Assembly (NCBI GenBank): GCA_041946735.1
Contig: JBHGAY010000013.1
Coordinates: 68,140 to 132,139, forward strand
Source of the DNA: Candidatus Eiseniibacteriota bacterium
GTDB taxonomy: Bacteria > Eisenbacteria > RBG-16-71-46 > CAIMUX01 > VGJL01
Direction of reading: 5' to 3'
DNA: 64,000 bases
Notes under the pieces: generated by a model
Databases searched by the model: none
Told to the model about the DNA's origin: nothing
The model's input: the letters and a program-made list of their open reading frames with translations, nothing else
Program-made: the position numbers and the translations under genes
Part shown: one piece after another, positions 1 through 10,425 of the stretch
How positions within the stretch are numbered: position 1 is the stretch's first letter
How the letters are laid out: each line of letters starts with the position of its first letter

Positions 1-214
1 TGTGGAGCGCGACGCCGATCTGATTCCCCATCGTCCCGCTCGGGACGAAGAGCGCCGCCTCCTTGCCCAGGATCTCCGCTACCCGGGCCTCGAGCGCCTG
101 GACGGTCGGGTCGTCGCCGAAGACGTCGTCCCCGACCTCCGCCTCCGCGATCGCTCGCCGCATCCCGGGCGAAGGCCGCGTCACGGTGTCGCTTCTCAGA
201 TCGACCATGGCCAT
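1..214 (-). CDS. ltaE: Low-specificity L-threonine aldolase, 5' part (runs off the window edge)
   Basis: Manual translation [42 protein letters not shown]...[10 protein letters not shown] matches the family N-terminal motifs. GGAGG RBS upstream. Not in the ORF track. Confidence 0.92.
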   Translation of the reverse strand, partial: MAMVDLRSDTVTRPSPGMRRAIAEAEVGDDVFGDDPTVQALEARVAEILGKEAALFVPSGTMGNQIGVALH

Positions 215-301
215 CGAGACCCTCCTCTTCCCCTTTCTTCCCCTCTCTTCTCTCTTCCTACTCTCTTCCCTCTTCTCTCTTCTCTCTTCGACGCCGCGGC
301 G

Positions 302-1165
302 TCAGGCGCTTTCGCCCGGCGCGTCGTAGAGCTGGCGCACCTTCTCGCGGAACAGGCGCGTCCATTCCCCTTCGCGGCCCGATCCGACCGGCCGCCCGTT
401 GTAGCGCGTCACGGCGATCGCCTCCCACGACGTCGAGGTCAGGAAGATCTCCGTCGCGCGCTCCAGCTCCTCCGGCGGCGCCTCCACCTCTTCGACCCCG
501 ATCGAAAGCTCGCGCGCGATCGCCACGATCTTCTTGCGCGTGATTCCGGGGAGGATCCCGACGCGGAGCGCCGGCGTGTGGAGCGCGCCGCCCGCCGTCC
601 GCCAGAACAGGTTGCTGTGCGCCCCCTCGGCGAGCCATCCCTCCGGATTGAGGAAGATCCCTTCCTGCGCCCCCGCGTGCAGCGCTTCCCGCCTCGCCAG
701 GACGCTGTTGAGCAGATTGCTCGACTTGATCTCCGGATTGAGGCAACGCACGCCATGCCTCGATACGGAGACGAGGATGGCGGCGATCCCCTGCTCGTAG
801 CGCTCCGGCGGGACGCCGCGGAACGGCTCCGCCAGCACCACCCAGGTCGGAACGAAGCCATCGAGCTGCTCGGGCCCACCGGCGCCGCGCGTCAGGACGA
901 TCCGCATGCGCGCCTCGTCCAGACCGTTGCGGCGCGAAAGCTCCTTCAGGATCCCGAGAAGATCGTCCGCGGTGCGATCGAGCGGGATCTCCAGCAACGA
1001 GGCGGAGCGCGCCAGGCGCTCGAAGTGATCGCGCCAGAACAGCACGCGGCCCGCCCGGCTGCGCAGCGTCTCGTAGACGGAGTCGCCGTACAAAAACCCT
1101 CGGTCGAGCACCGGGATCGTCGCCTCGGCATCGGGAACGAAGGAATCGCGAATGTAGAAGATCAT
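302..1165 (-). CDS. PLP-dependent aminotransferase class IV (branched-chain/D-amino acid aminotransferase or ADC lyase)
   Basis: [20 protein letters not shown] (PLP Lys), [16 protein letters not shown] motifs. Confidence 0.9.
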   Translation of the reverse strand: MIFYIRDSFVPDAEATIPVLDRGFLYGDSVYETLRSRAGRVLFWRDHFERLARSASLLEIPLDRTADDLLGILKELSRRNGLDEARMRIVLTRGAGGPEQLDGFVPTWVVLAEPFRGVPPERYEQGIAAILVSVSRHGVRCLNPEIKSSNLLNSVLARREALHAGAQEGIFLNPEGWLAEGAHSNLFWRTAGGALHTPALRVGILPGITRKKIVAIARELSIGVEEVEAPPEELERATEIFLTSTSWEAIAVTRYNGRPVGSGREGEWTRLFREKVRQLYDAPGESA

Positions 1166-1190
1166 GGCTCCCCCGGACCGCCGGCGTCGG

Positions 1191-2537
1191 TCATCGCCGT
1201 GAAATGTGCAGGATCGCGATCGCGACCGGGCGAGGACCGAGCGAGAGCGAGGCGGTCCGCTCGCCGCTCTCCCCGAAGACTCGCAGGCCCGAGAGTCCGA
1301 CCGTCCAGAGCTTCCCCTGCTCGTCGTCCCAAGCGAGACCGAGCACCCCGTCGACCGCGATCGAATCGATCACCGCGAGGCCGGCGTCGAGGTGGATCAC
1401 CTGCGCGCGGCCCGGGTCGGCGACCCACGCGCCGTTCCCCCCGTCGCGGCAAATGTCAACCGCGTCGGCGAAGAGAGCCTCGCTCGTCGCCTTCGGCTCG
1501 CCGGACGGATCGTAACGATGCACCCTCCCCGTGCCTCTGTCGAGCAGAAGGACGTCGTCGGCGCCAGAGCGGGCGAGTGCGACGGGACGCGTGAATCCTT
1601 CGATCGTCTGTCTCTCCTGATCACGGTAGACGTTCGCCTGCCCTTCGGAGTTCACCGCCCACAGCCGCTCGTCGAATTGCGCAGGCAAGGAGAGGAGATC
1701 CTCCACGTGCCCGGCGGTGGAGTCGGCCCAGAGCAGCTGTCCGCCGCCGGTGCGCCTCTCGAGCGTCGCGGACGGATAGAGCGCGACCCAGCAGCCGCCC
1801 CCAACCGGCGGCACGGCGACAGCGCGCGCCCCGAGCGCCTCGAACTCCCGCAGGAGTTCGCCGTCCCACGAGTGCTCTCGCACCGCTCCGAGCAGGTAGT
1901 CGGCCGACCAGACGCTCGACGAGGCGGAGTCGGCGACCGCATCGAGGACCCAGCTACCTCCCAGGCGCTGCTGCACGACATCCCGTCCATCGGGCGAGAT
2001 GCGGACGAGGCCGCCGCCGTCGGCGTCGGCGACCCACGCGACGGTGGTGCCCGGAGTGGCGAGGTCCCATTCCGTCTCCTGGCTTGTGCCGCTGTCGAGC
2101 TGCAGCCGCAGGCGGTAGGCATACTCCGTCCCGTTTTGAACGGACGGATCGACCAACGATCCCGACACGGGGTCGAGCCCCGAGGGAACGAGGCTCGTCA
2201 CCGCTCCGCCCGGATCCCGTCGCAGGATCTCGACGGTCCGGATCCCCTCGAGGTCGCCGATGTTCCAGCGCAGCTCGACCTCGCGATCGCCGGCGATCGC
2301 GTGCAGCAGCGCCGGCTGGCCCTGAGTGTCGGGATTGTCCGGATCGAACGGATTGCTGTGATCCCGTTCGGAGCAGCCGCCGCCCGCAAGCAAGAGCACG
2401 AGGAGCGGAAGCACGATCAGGAGCAGAAGCGGGAGCACGAGCGGGAGCGGGCCTCGCAGACGGCAGGACGGCAGGGCGCGCGCGATTGCACCGCAGGCCG
2501 GGCGCCTCACGGTCCCCTCCGCGGCCAACCGGCTCAC
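1191..2537 (-). CDS. Lipoprotein with FN3-like domain and NHL/beta-propeller repeats
   Basis: Hydrophobic stretch and lipobox (LAGGGC) followed by NPFDP, FN3-like VQNGTEYAYRL, repeated WVAD motifs. GTG start overlaps the upstream TGA. Confidence 0.7.
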   Translation of the reverse strand: MSRLAAEGTVRRPACGAIARALPSCRLRGPLPLVLPLLLLIVLPLLVLLLAGGGCSERDHSNPFDPDNPDTQGQPALLHAIAGDREVELRWNIGDLEGIRTVEILRRDPGGAVTSLVPSGLDPVSGSLVDPSVQNGTEYAYRLRLQLDSGTSQETEWDLATPGTTVAWVADADGGGLVRISPDGRDVVQQRLGGSWVLDAVADSASSSVWSADYLLGAVREHSWDGELLREFEALGARAVAVPPVGGGCWVALYPSATLERRTGGGQLLWADSTAGHVEDLLSLPAQFDERLWAVNSEGQANVYRDQERQTIEGFTRPVALARSGADDVLLLDRGTGRVHRYDPSGEPKATSEALFADAVDICRDGGNGAWVADPGRAQVIHLDAGLAVIDSIAVDGVLGLAWDDEQGKLWTVGLSGLRVFGESGERTASLSLGPRPVAIAILHISRR

Positions 2538-3337
2538 CGCCGCGCCTCCGGCTCGCCGACCGCGCGGCCGTTCCCCTCGGGAAGGATCCAGGCGAACACG
2601 GCGCTCGCGAGCGAGACCTCCGCGCCGATCCAGAGCCCGACCGCCCACCGGTCCCGGCGGCTCGCCTCGTCGTAGAGCTTCCCGATCCGCGCAGGATCGG
2701 TCGCCCGCTCGTAGCGCCGGTACGACTCGTCGGCGTCGTCCTTGACGATCGCGCCCGCGGCGGCGAGACCGACCGCGAGGCCGGGGAGCAGATAGCGTCC
2801 GACGCGCCGCCAGGCGGGAAGCTCGCGCCGCGCCCGCCCCGCGGAAACGAGCGACGCCCCTCGCCAGGTGAACGAACCGTTCGTCGCGAGGGAGTCGCGC
2901 GGGACGGCGACGACCCCTTCGGGAGTCAGGATCTGGAAGGAGCCGAAATCGCCGGGCGGGACGCGGAGCGACAGCGGCGTCCGGCCGAGCGCCGCTCCGT
3001 CGCGCAGGACCCGCAGCCCGTACGGAACGCTGAGGATTCGTACCGGAACGCCGATCTCGAGATCGAGCCGGACCGTCTCCCCCGCCACGATCTGAAGGAG
3101 GGTGTCGACGACCGGAGCCTGGAAGAGACGATCTTGGATCGGGACGAGGCGCACTTCCACCGGACCCGGAGGGAGCGAAGCTTCCAGCGGCGTCTTTCCC
3201 AGGTAGCGCTCACCCGCCCACGCGTCGATGCCGGACGGCCGCGTCGCGATCGCCACGGTCCCGGTCTGCGCAGCCGCGAGCGACGCCACGCAGGCGGCGA
3301 ACGCGCACGCGAGGAGCGACGCGCGAAGGACGGCCAT
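2534..3337 (-). CDS. Exported PEGA-domain protein with C-terminal membrane helices
   Basis: Signal peptide (ending AAAQ), two PEGA-like repeats (IATRPSG...YLGKTPL; ILSVPYG...LGRTPL), two C-terminal hydrophobic segments. Confidence 0.72.
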   Translation of the reverse strand: MAVLRASLLACAFAACVASLAAAQTGTVAIATRPSGIDAWAGERYLGKTPLEASLPPGPVEVRLVPIQDRLFQAPVVDTLLQIVAGETVRLDLEIGVPVRILSVPYGLRVLRDGAALGRTPLSLRVPPGDFGSFQILTPEGVVAVPRDSLATNGSFTWRGASLVSAGRARRELPAWRRVGRYLLPGLAVGLAAAGAIVKDDADESYRRYERATDPARIGKLYDEASRRDRWAVGLWIGAEVSLASAVFAWILPEGNGRAVGEPEARR

Positions 3338-3426
3338 CGCCACCGAGGCGCGCCGGCGCGCCCCCGCCCTGCGCCCGGCTTCATCACACGTCTGCCGCTC
3401 CCACCCGGCTCCCTCGCGCGGCCGCC

Positions 3427-4569
3427 TCATCCGCTCGGCTCCATCGTGTAGACGACGACCCTCCCCCTGTCGTCCACCACGGCGTAATAGCGACCCGCCT
3501 GGGCCGGCGGGAAGAGGAGCGCCGAGCGGAACTGGAGCGTCCAGACGAGCGATCCCCGATCGCGCGTCCAGGCGAGCAGCCGCCCGCTCACGGACGGAAA
3601 CGTCCAGAGATCCTCCCATCCGACGAGCCCGGCGAAGGCCGTCTCCTTCGTCTCGAGTCCCCACAGCCGCTCCCACGTGCGCGCGTCGAGAATCTCGACC
3701 TCTCCCCCGGTCGCCACGAGCCCGAGCGTCCCGTCGAGGATGGCAGGCCCCCTCTCCTGCGGGCCGCGCGTCGCGCGCCGGCGCACCTCCCGCCCGTCGT
3801 CGAGCCGGTGCTCGACGATCCCGCCGGCATACAGAGCGCGGATCAAGGAGGAGTCCGCGGCGAGCGCCGGATCGCCGACCGAGAAGCCGTCGATCGGGAG
3901 CGACCAGACATCGTGCCCATCGGCCGGATCGAGACACCAGAGGGAATCGGTACGACCGAGCGCGATCGCGCCGCGCGAGCAGGCGACGCCGCCTGCGAGC
4001 TTCGCCTCGAGGTCGCGCTCCCATCGCTGCTCCCCGTCGCCCAGCCGGAACGCGACCGCCTGTCCGTCGGTCCCGAGCGACAGGACGGTGCTGTCGGCGC
4101 GCAGGAGCGCGACGGGCTGGGACGTGGTTCGCTTCGCCCAGCGCACCTTCCCCGTGTCCCGCTCGAGGGCAACGACTCCCGAGACGCGCGAGCTGACCGC
4201 GACCAGCAGCAGCGATCCGGCCGGCACCGGAGAGAGGACCGCCGGCGCGACGAGCGTCTTGCGCCAGTGACGATCACCGTCGTTCGCATCGAGCGAGTGG
4301 AGCTTCCGGTCGGTCCCGACCACCCAGAGCGTGTCGCCCGAGACCGAAAGGCCGACGGCCGGAGCGCGGACGACGCGTCGTTCCCAGAGGACGCGGGGGG
4401 TCTGCGCGCCGCAGGGCCGCGCGACGCCGAGCGCGAGCAGCGCGAGCCCCGCAACGCCCGCGGCAAGCGCAATCCGCGCGAGCGAAGCCGGCCCGAAGGG
4501 ACCGCGCGTCACGCCGCGCGTCACGCCGCGCATCACGCCGCGCATCAGGCAGCGCATCAGTAGTTCCAT
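3427..4569 (-). CDS. PQQ-like beta-propeller protein (BamB-like)
   Basis: Signal peptide and repeated LD..DG...W Trp-docking motifs. Start is approximate. Confidence 0.75.
   Translation of the reverse strand: MELLMRCLMRGVMRGVTRGVTRGPFGPASLARIALAAGVAGLALLALGVARPCGAQTPRVLWERRVVRAPAVGLSVSGDTLWVVGTDRKLHSLDANDGDRHWRKTLVAPAVLSPVPAGSLLLVAVSSRVSGVVALERDTGKVRWAKRTTSQPVALLRADSTVLSLGTDGQAVAFRLGDGEQRWERDLEAKLAGGVACSRGAIALGRTDSLWCLDPADGHDVWSLPIDGFSVGDPALAADSSLIRALYAGGIVEHRLDDGREVRRRATRGPQERGPAILDGTLGLVATGGEVEILDARTWERLWGLETKETAFAGLVGWEDLWTFPSVSGRLLAWTRDRGSLVWTLQFRSALLFPPAQAGRYYAVVDDRGRVVVYTMEPSG
4503..4560. repeat. Degenerate 12-bp tandem repeat (about 5 units) in the N-terminus of the BamB-like gene
   Basis: CGCGCGTCACGC/CGCGCATCACGC units encoding MRCL-MRGV-MRGV-TRGV-TRG. 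Confidence 0.7.
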
Positions 4570-7415
4570 CCGACGAAGAAGTCCCAATGATTGCGGTCCC
4601 CGAGCGTCTTGAAGTCGGTCCGCCGCGCGAGATCGAGCCGCAGGACGAGGATCCCTCCCAGCCCCATGCGCAGGCCGGCGCCGAAGCTGCCGAGCCAGGG
4701 CGGCGGCCATCCTTCGTTCCAGGCGGCACCGGCGTCGGCGAAGACGGCGCCCTGGATCATCGGGAACTCGAGCGCCCCGAGAGGGACCTGGAGCATCCAG
4801 CGTTGCACGAGAGGGAAGCGGATCTCTTGGTTCAGCAGGAGGCTCCGTTCGCCCTGCACCGCCCGCCGCGGATAGCCGCGGAGGTTGAGCGAGCCGCCGA
4901 GGAAGAAGGTGCGCGGGTTCGGGCCGCTGGAGAAGAGCCCTTGCAGGCGCACGGCGTAGGCGCTGTAGGTGCCGAGCCGCAGGTAGCGGCGGTAGTCGGC
5001 GAGGACGAGACCGCTCTCGGTCCTCCCGCGCTGGATGTCCATCGTGAGGCCGAGGGTGAAGTTCATCCGGTGCCCGTCGATCGGCCCGGTGGGCAGCCAG
5101 AGCGAGGTGTCGCGGATCCAGGCGGCGGAATGCTGCGCGACGAGCCCCTTGCGGCGGAAGCCGGTCGCCACGCGGTCGGTCTCCGCGTAGGCGAGACCGT
5201 TGATCAGCTCGAATCGCTGGAACTTCGACACGGGGTAGATGAGGATCGCCGACGCTCCCGCCCTCCGGTCGTGGTACGGGAAGCCGTTCTCGTCGAGATA
5301 GTCGCCGACGAAGTGAAACGCCGAGACGCCGTAGTTCAGGCGATGCGAGAGGTTCACGTAGCTCGCGCCGGCGGAGAAGTTCCGCAGGAAGTCCTCCGTC
5401 GAGAAGCTCGTGTTGCCGAGCTGGATGAAGAGCAGGTGGTTGCCCATCATGTCCGCCAGCATCGCCTGGATCCCCTCGCCGCTCCGGAAGTTCGGATCGA
5501 GCGCGACGCCTCCCTGGGCGACCTCGAGCGAGAGCCGCGAGGTGTAGCGCGCCTTCCGGACGGGGAAGTCGCCGACCGGGGATCGCCACTTCCAGGCCGG
5601 GTAGGCGCGCGGATCGAGCCCGGCGAGCATCGGCGGATTTTTCGGCGGGGCGTGAACGTCGGCCTTCCGCACGCGAAACTCTCCCCCCTGGTAGCAGGAG
5701 AAGAGCAGCGTCCGCCCGTCGGGCGCCATGCGCGGATCCATCAACGCTTCGAGTCCGCCGAGCACCTTCCCGCCGCGTCCCTCGAGGTCGGTGCGATAGA
5801 TGCCGAAACGCCCGTCGCGATCCGAGGAGAAGTAGAGAATCGCGCCGTCGGGCGACCAGCTCGGGCTCACGTCGTTCCACAGGCCTCGCGTCAGATAGCG
5901 CACCTGCCGGTCGCCGGCGTCGATCCAGAAGAGATTGCGGTACTCCCCCTCTCCCGGGCCGCGATCCGAAGAGAAAACGATCACGTCGGAGTTCGGTCTC
6001 CAGGCGGGATCGGACTCCTCGTAGCGGTCATTCGTCAGGCGATCGAGCAGGCCGGAGTCGCGGTCGAAGAGGTAGAGGTCGGACTCCCCGGCTCGCGACA
6101 GACCGGCGAACGCGAAGCGCCGCCCGTCGCTCGCCCAGCTCGGGCTCCGGAGCCCCACGAGATCGTCGAAGCGGTAGTTCTCCGTCACCCGCCCCTCGCG
6201 CAGCGAGTAGACGTAGATCACGTCCTCGCCGGCCCGCTGCGAGACGAACAGCAGCTCCCCCTTCGCGTTGATGTCCATCCTCGCGCGGAAGGGATGGAGC
6301 GACTCGAACTGCGCGCCGCGCTCCCCGCTCACGACGGTGCGCAGGTTCTTCTCCGCCCCCTCGATCGAGGCCGCGTAGATGTCGGTGTAGCCGCTGCGCG
6401 GCGAGAGAAAGAGGAAGGTGTTCTCCCAACCTTTCAGGCTATCCGGCACCGGCACGGGATCGAGATCGACCGGTCCCCGCGTGATCGCCTGCGTATCGAA
6501 AGTGATCGGCTCCGCCTCGAGGACGTCCGGGTAGTAGAGCTTGCGCATCGCGTAGCGCCAGCGGTCCGACAGCTCCCTCACGCTCGCGCCCAGCGCGAGC
6601 GTGAGCGCGTCGTCGAACGTCGCGACGTTCCCGGCCGCCTCGTACACTTCGCGGATCTTGTCGTCCCCGTAGGTCTTGCCGATCCAGTCCATCAGCGACT
6701 GGCCGAGCTTGTACAGCGTGAACGTCCCGTTGTAGCGCCACAGATCGCCGATGGAGGGGAGGCGGCCGGTGATCACCATGTCGCGCAGGATCATGTCCGC
6801 CTCGGTGTCGCGCGACTCCGAGAAGTGCACCGCAAGCCCCTCGACCCACCAGAGCGGGAAGCTCGGGATCGAGCTTCGCGACCGGCGAGCGAAGAGCCTC
6901 TCCTCGAGCGAGAGCTGGAAGACGTGGACCAGCTCGTGATGGATCGTCGTCCGGAAGTCGTTCAGCGATCCGCCGAACGGGATCAGCACGCGCCCGCGCC
7001 CGAACTCGGTCAGCCCCGCCACGCCCTCGGGCAGCATGAAGGGGGTGATGTTCGTCTGCTCGAAATCCTGATGGCTGCTGTAGATGATCAGTGGGATCGG
7101 ATGCGGAACCTCGTGGACGAACAGGCGCCGCAGCCGGTCGTACCCCTCCTCCGCCATCTCCAGCGCGATCCGCGCGAGATCCTCTTCCTCCAGATAGAAA
7201 TAGAGCCGGAAGTGCTCGCTTTCCAGCACGTGCCAGTCGAAGTTCGTGTACTGGACCTTGTTTTTCCCGAAGGTGAGGAACTGCGCCGGCGCTTCGGCGG
7301 CCGTGCCGAGAAGCAGCAGGAGAAGGAGGAGCGCCCCGGCCGCGACAGCCGGCGCGAACCCGAACATCCGGCACCACCCGGAGAAGAAGCGGGGACGGTC
7401 CGAGCGTCGCTTCAC
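4557..7415 (-). CDS. Peptidase-MA-like + PD40/TolB propeller + Omp85/BamA barrel fusion (WD40-Omp85 type)
   Basis: Signal peptide, FGKNKVQY, HHELVH zinc motif, PD40 repeats (PSWSPDG, FSSDR), barrel with LRGY and FADAG motifs, terminal aromatic residue. Confidence 0.85.
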   Translation of the reverse strand: MKRRSDRPRFFSGWCRMFGFAPAVAAGALLLLLLLLGTAAEAPAQFLTFGKNKVQYTNFDWHVLESEHFRLYFYLEEEDLARIALEMAEEGYDRLRRLFVHEVPHPIPLIIYSSHQDFEQTNITPFMLPEGVAGLTEFGRGRVLIPFGGSLNDFRTTIHHELVHVFQLSLEERLFARRSRSSIPSFPLWWVEGLAVHFSESRDTEADMILRDMVITGRLPSIGDLWRYNGTFTLYKLGQSLMDWIGKTYGDDKIREVYEAAGNVATFDDALTLALGASVRELSDRWRYAMRKLYYPDVLEAEPITFDTQAITRGPVDLDPVPVPDSLKGWENTFLFLSPRSGYTDIYAASIEGAEKNLRTVVSGERGAQFESLHPFRARMDINAKGELLFVSQRAGEDVIYVYSLREGRVTENYRFDDLVGLRSPSWASDGRRFAFAGLSRAGESDLYLFDRDSGLLDRLTNDRYEESDPAWRPNSDVIVFSSDRGPGEGEYRNLFWIDAGDRQVRYLTRGLWNDVSPSWSPDGAILYFSSDRDGRFGIYRTDLEGRGGKVLGGLEALMDPRMAPDGRTLLFSCYQGGEFRVRKADVHAPPKNPPMLAGLDPRAYPAWKWRSPVGDFPVRKARYTSRLSLEVAQGGVALDPNFRSGEGIQAMLADMMGNHLLFIQLGNTSFSTEDFLRNFSAGASYVNLSHRLNYGVSAFHFVGDYLDENGFPYHDRRAGASAILIYPVSKFQRFELINGLAYAETDRVATGFRRKGLVAQHSAAWIRDTSLWLPTGPIDGHRMNFTLGLTMDIQRGRTESGLVLADYRRYLRLGTYSAYAVRLQGLFSSGPNPRTFFLGGSLNLRGYPRRAVQGERSLLLNQEIRFPLVQRWMLQVPLGALEFPMIQGAVFADAGAAWNEGWPPPWLGSFGAGLRMGLGGILVLRLDLARRTDFKTLGDRNHWDFFVGWNY

Positions 7416-7494
7416 GACGCCATTCTAGGAGAGCCGCACGGCCAGGAGAAGGGACCCCCGCTCCCGGGCGTTCGCCGGACGGGCGACGGGAGGA

Positions 7495-10014
7495 TCAGAA
7501 CGTCACCCAGCCGTCGTCGTAGTCGTCCCGCTGCGACTGGAAGACCCGGATCTCCTGAGGGTCGAGCGGGCGCACCATCTGGGACGGATCGCTCACCCAC
7601 GCCGGGATCAGGCTCTGCGATCCCTGGACGCGCATGAGCCCGAAGGCGCCCGGAAGCCTTCCCCTCAGGCGGATGCGAGGCTCCCCGTCGATCGGCACGG
7701 CGCGTCCGGAAGGCTCGATCCTCTCCGCGGCGATCCTCCTCGAGAAGATCGGGATCGGTCGAACCAGACGGGAATCGGCGAGCCGGGGTCGCGACGCGAG
7801 GGCGTCGAAGCGGTAGCTGGACAGCTCGTAGGCGTTCTCGAAGAAGGCGGGCATCCGGACGATCCGCTGGGGATCCGGGTCCCCGCGTTCGGGCGCGCGC
7901 CGGTCCAGGAACAGATCGACCGAGCCGCCATCGGACGAAGCGAGGACGACCTCGAGCCGCAACTTCGAGGAACCGAAGGCGAGCTTCGGATCGACCGGGA
8001 TCCGGTACCACTGCCGGTAGACGTCCCAGCCCGCGTCCCGCATCCCGGCGTGGCGGCGGACGAATCCTTCCAGATGCCGCCGCATCGAGCGGACGATCCG
8101 GTCGTAGCGGTGGTCGAGCGAATGGATCTGAGGATCGAGGAGGAACGCCTGCTCGCTCGACTCGGGGCGCCCGCGGAATCGCTCGACCTCGGTCCCGTTG
8201 ACGCGGAAGGAGAGATCGAACCGCCCGCGGGGGCTCGCGAGCAGATCGACGTCGAGCTGCGCCTGCTCGAACAGCTCGGGGGCGGCGGCGCCGGGAAGCT
8301 CGAGGGTCAGCGCCACGCCTTCCCCCGCGCGGTCCAGACGGACGATCCGCTCGTCGGGATCCGGATCGTTGGCGATCAGCGCGCTGGAGAACAGCGCGAG
8401 AGGCGCGAGAAAGACGGCCGCACGGATCCACGCCACCCGCGCCGAGCCCCCGCCGAAGAGCCGCGCGGCGAGCGGCGCCCACCCGGCCGCGGCGACCCAG
8501 GGAGCGAGCGCCGCGGGCCCGCTTCCCTTCAGCGAGAGCAACAGAAGACCGGCGATGCTCCCCGCGATCGCTGCGCCTGCCGGAACCAGCCACGGCCGAA
8601 ACGAGGCGAGAAGCGCCCTCCCCCGCTCGGCCGCCCGTCCGCTCGACGCCTTGCCGATCGCGCCCCGCGCGCCGCGCACCATCGCAATCATCCCCGCCGA
8701 CCCGTAGAGCATCGCGAACGGGATCGCGGGGACGTCGTAGCGCGAGACGAGATGGGTTGAGGCGTGCAGCAGCGTCAGGTAGACCGGGAACGCGAGCGGG
8801 AGCCAGCGCTTTCGAGGGCCGCCCACGCAGCAAAGAGCGATGCCGAGCAGCGCGGCGACCGCCAGCGCCGGCTGCACCCGCGCCGGCGGCGGCAGCGAGA
8901 GCGGCCCGGCCGAGACGTAGGTCTTCACGGCCGGGAAGATCCAGAAGATCGACGCCTTCGACAGCACGAGCGCGGCCATCCCGCCTGGGTAGTTCTCCAG
9001 CGTCTGGAAGAAGGCCGCTCGGTAGAGGGCCGCGTTGCGCTGTCCCTCGGGCACCCCTTCGATCTTCTCCAAAGCGGCGATGACCTCCGGGGTGTAGGCG
9101 TCGCCCGCTCCGACCGTCTCCCATCCTCGATCGGGGACGTAGTTGCCTCGGTAGATCCACATCCAGTCGTCGCCCGTCTTCGCCAGCGGGTTCGCCGAGA
9201 GACCGAAGCCCCAGAGGAAGGAGAGCCAGAGCAGCTGCACCGCCATGTAGCCGGCGAAGCGGTACCCGGCGCGGAGGAGCGCCTCGCGCCCGCCACTCGG
9301 CCGGTCGAGCAGCGCTTCGAGCAGGATCCAGGGGATCGCGAGGTAGCGCAGCGTCGTCTTCGTCAGGACGAGCAGGGCCAGGACGGCGCCGCCCGCGATC
9401 CAGCCGCGCCGCGACCGGCGCTCCCCCGTCTTGAGGAGGGCGTAGCTCGTCGCGAGCGCGGCGAACGCGACCGGCAGCTCCGTCAGGATCGCGGGAGCGT
9501 AGAACCAGTGCGCCGGCCAGAAGAGATAGAGCAGCGCGGCCGCCAGACCGACGCCGGGAGAGAAGAGGGCGCGCCCGAGCAGGAAGAGCAGCGGGGCGCC
9601 AAGCACGAAGAGGAGCGTCGTCACCGCCCGTCCCGCCGCGACGTCGTCTCCAGGAAGCAGGTGGACGAGCCCGAGCAACGCCGTGTACGCCGGAGCGTGC
9701 GCGAGAACCCAGGAGTCGAACCCGTAGCGCCGGAGTTCCTCGGCCGTCGCCGCGTGCCCGATCCAGAGGCGGAACCCCTCGGCCGGATGCGAGAACAGCC
9801 GGGCGAAACCGTTCGCGATCGTCTCGTACTTCTCGCTGTCCCCTTCGACGGGATAGAGGGGCTCGCCGGGCGCCGCCAGGCGAAGCACGCCGATCAGCAG
9901 GCCGAGCAGGAGCAGGAGGGCCGGAAGCAGGGGCCCCCGGCCGAAACGCTCGGGGGAAGGATGGGGAGCCGGCTGTAAGCCGAGTTCTGTTGCGGGCGTT
10001 CCCGCTGCGGTCAT
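7495..10014 (-). CDS. Multi-TM glycosyltransferase (GT39/ArnT-PMT-like) with C-terminal soluble domain; start uncertain
   Basis: DSEKY, PAY, ILTE and VSRY motifs with many TM helices. The ATG at 10014 lies inside rnpB. Confidence 0.72.
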   Translation of the reverse strand: MTAAGTPATELGLQPAPHPSPERFGRGPLLPALLLLLGLLIGVLRLAAPGEPLYPVEGDSEKYETIANGFARLFSHPAEGFRLWIGHAATAEELRRYGFDSWVLAHAPAYTALLGLVHLLPGDDVAAGRAVTTLLFVLGAPLLFLLGRALFSPGVGLAAALLYLFWPAHWFYAPAILTELPVAFAALATSYALLKTGERRSRRGWIAGGAVLALLVLTKTTLRYLAIPWILLEALLDRPSGGREALLRAGYRFAGYMAVQLLWLSFLWGFGLSANPLAKTGDDWMWIYRGNYVPDRGWETVGAGDAYTPEVIAALEKIEGVPEGQRNAALYRAAFFQTLENYPGGMAALVLSKASIFWIFPAVKTYVSAGPLSLPPPARVQPALAVAALLGIALCCVGGPRKRWLPLAFPVYLTLLHASTHLVSRYDVPAIPFAMLYGSAGMIAMVRGARGAIGKASSGRAAERGRALLASFRPWLVPAGAAIAGSIAGLLLLSLKGSGPAALAPWVAAAGWAPLAARLFGGGSARVAWIRAAVFLAPLALFSSALIANDPDPDERIVRLDRAGEGVALTLELPGAAAPELFEQAQLDVDLLASPRGRFDLSFRVNGTEVERFRGRPESSEQAFLLDPQIHSLDHRYDRIVRSMRRHLEGFVRRHAGMRDAGWDVYRQWYRIPVDPKLAFGSSKLRLEVVLASSDGGSVDLFLDRRAPERGDPDPQRIVRMPAFFENAYELSSYRFDALASRPRLADSRLVRPIPIFSRRIAAERIEPSGRAVPIDGEPRIRLRGRLPGAFGLMRVQGSQSLIPAWVSDPSQMVRPLDPQEIRVFQSQRDDYDDGWVTF

Positions 10015-10374
10015 TTGTCTGGGACGGCCGTCACCGGCCGCCTCGAGCGACCGAACCCGGGAGTGATGACGAGACGGGCCACCTCTCCTCCTCTATTTGG
10101 TCTTGCTCCGGGTGGGGTTTGCCGAGCTGCCCGCGTCGCCGCAGGCACTGGTGAGCTCTTACCTCACCGTTTCACCCTTACCGCATCCCCTCGCCGCTCG
10201 GATCGAACACCATTCCGGGCCGTCCGGGCGACGAGATGTGGAACGCGGCGGTCTATTCTCTGTGGCACTTTCCTTGGGATCGCTCCCACTGGGGGTTACC
10301 CAGCACCCTGCCCTGTGGAGCTCGGACTTTCCTCGAGATCCTTGCGGATCCCGCGACCGCCACACCGGCTCCCC
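9963..10374 (-). ncRNA. rnpB: RNase P RNA (bacterial type A)
   Basis: Minus strand has GAGGAAAGTCCGAGCT, GAAAGTGCCACAGA, GGGTGAAACGG and ACAGAACTCGGCTTA. The terminal P1 helix is GGGGAGCCGG/CCGGCTCCCC. Confidence 0.97.
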
Positions 10375-10425
10375 GATCAACGATCCTAGCGAACTTACTC
10401 TCCGCCGGTCGACTTCCCGACGGAT

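Noticed and set aside
222..290. CT/GA-rich low-complexity tract upstream of ltaE (a similar C-rich tract lies at 29625-29675)
   Set aside because: Imperfect simple repeats with no supportable function.
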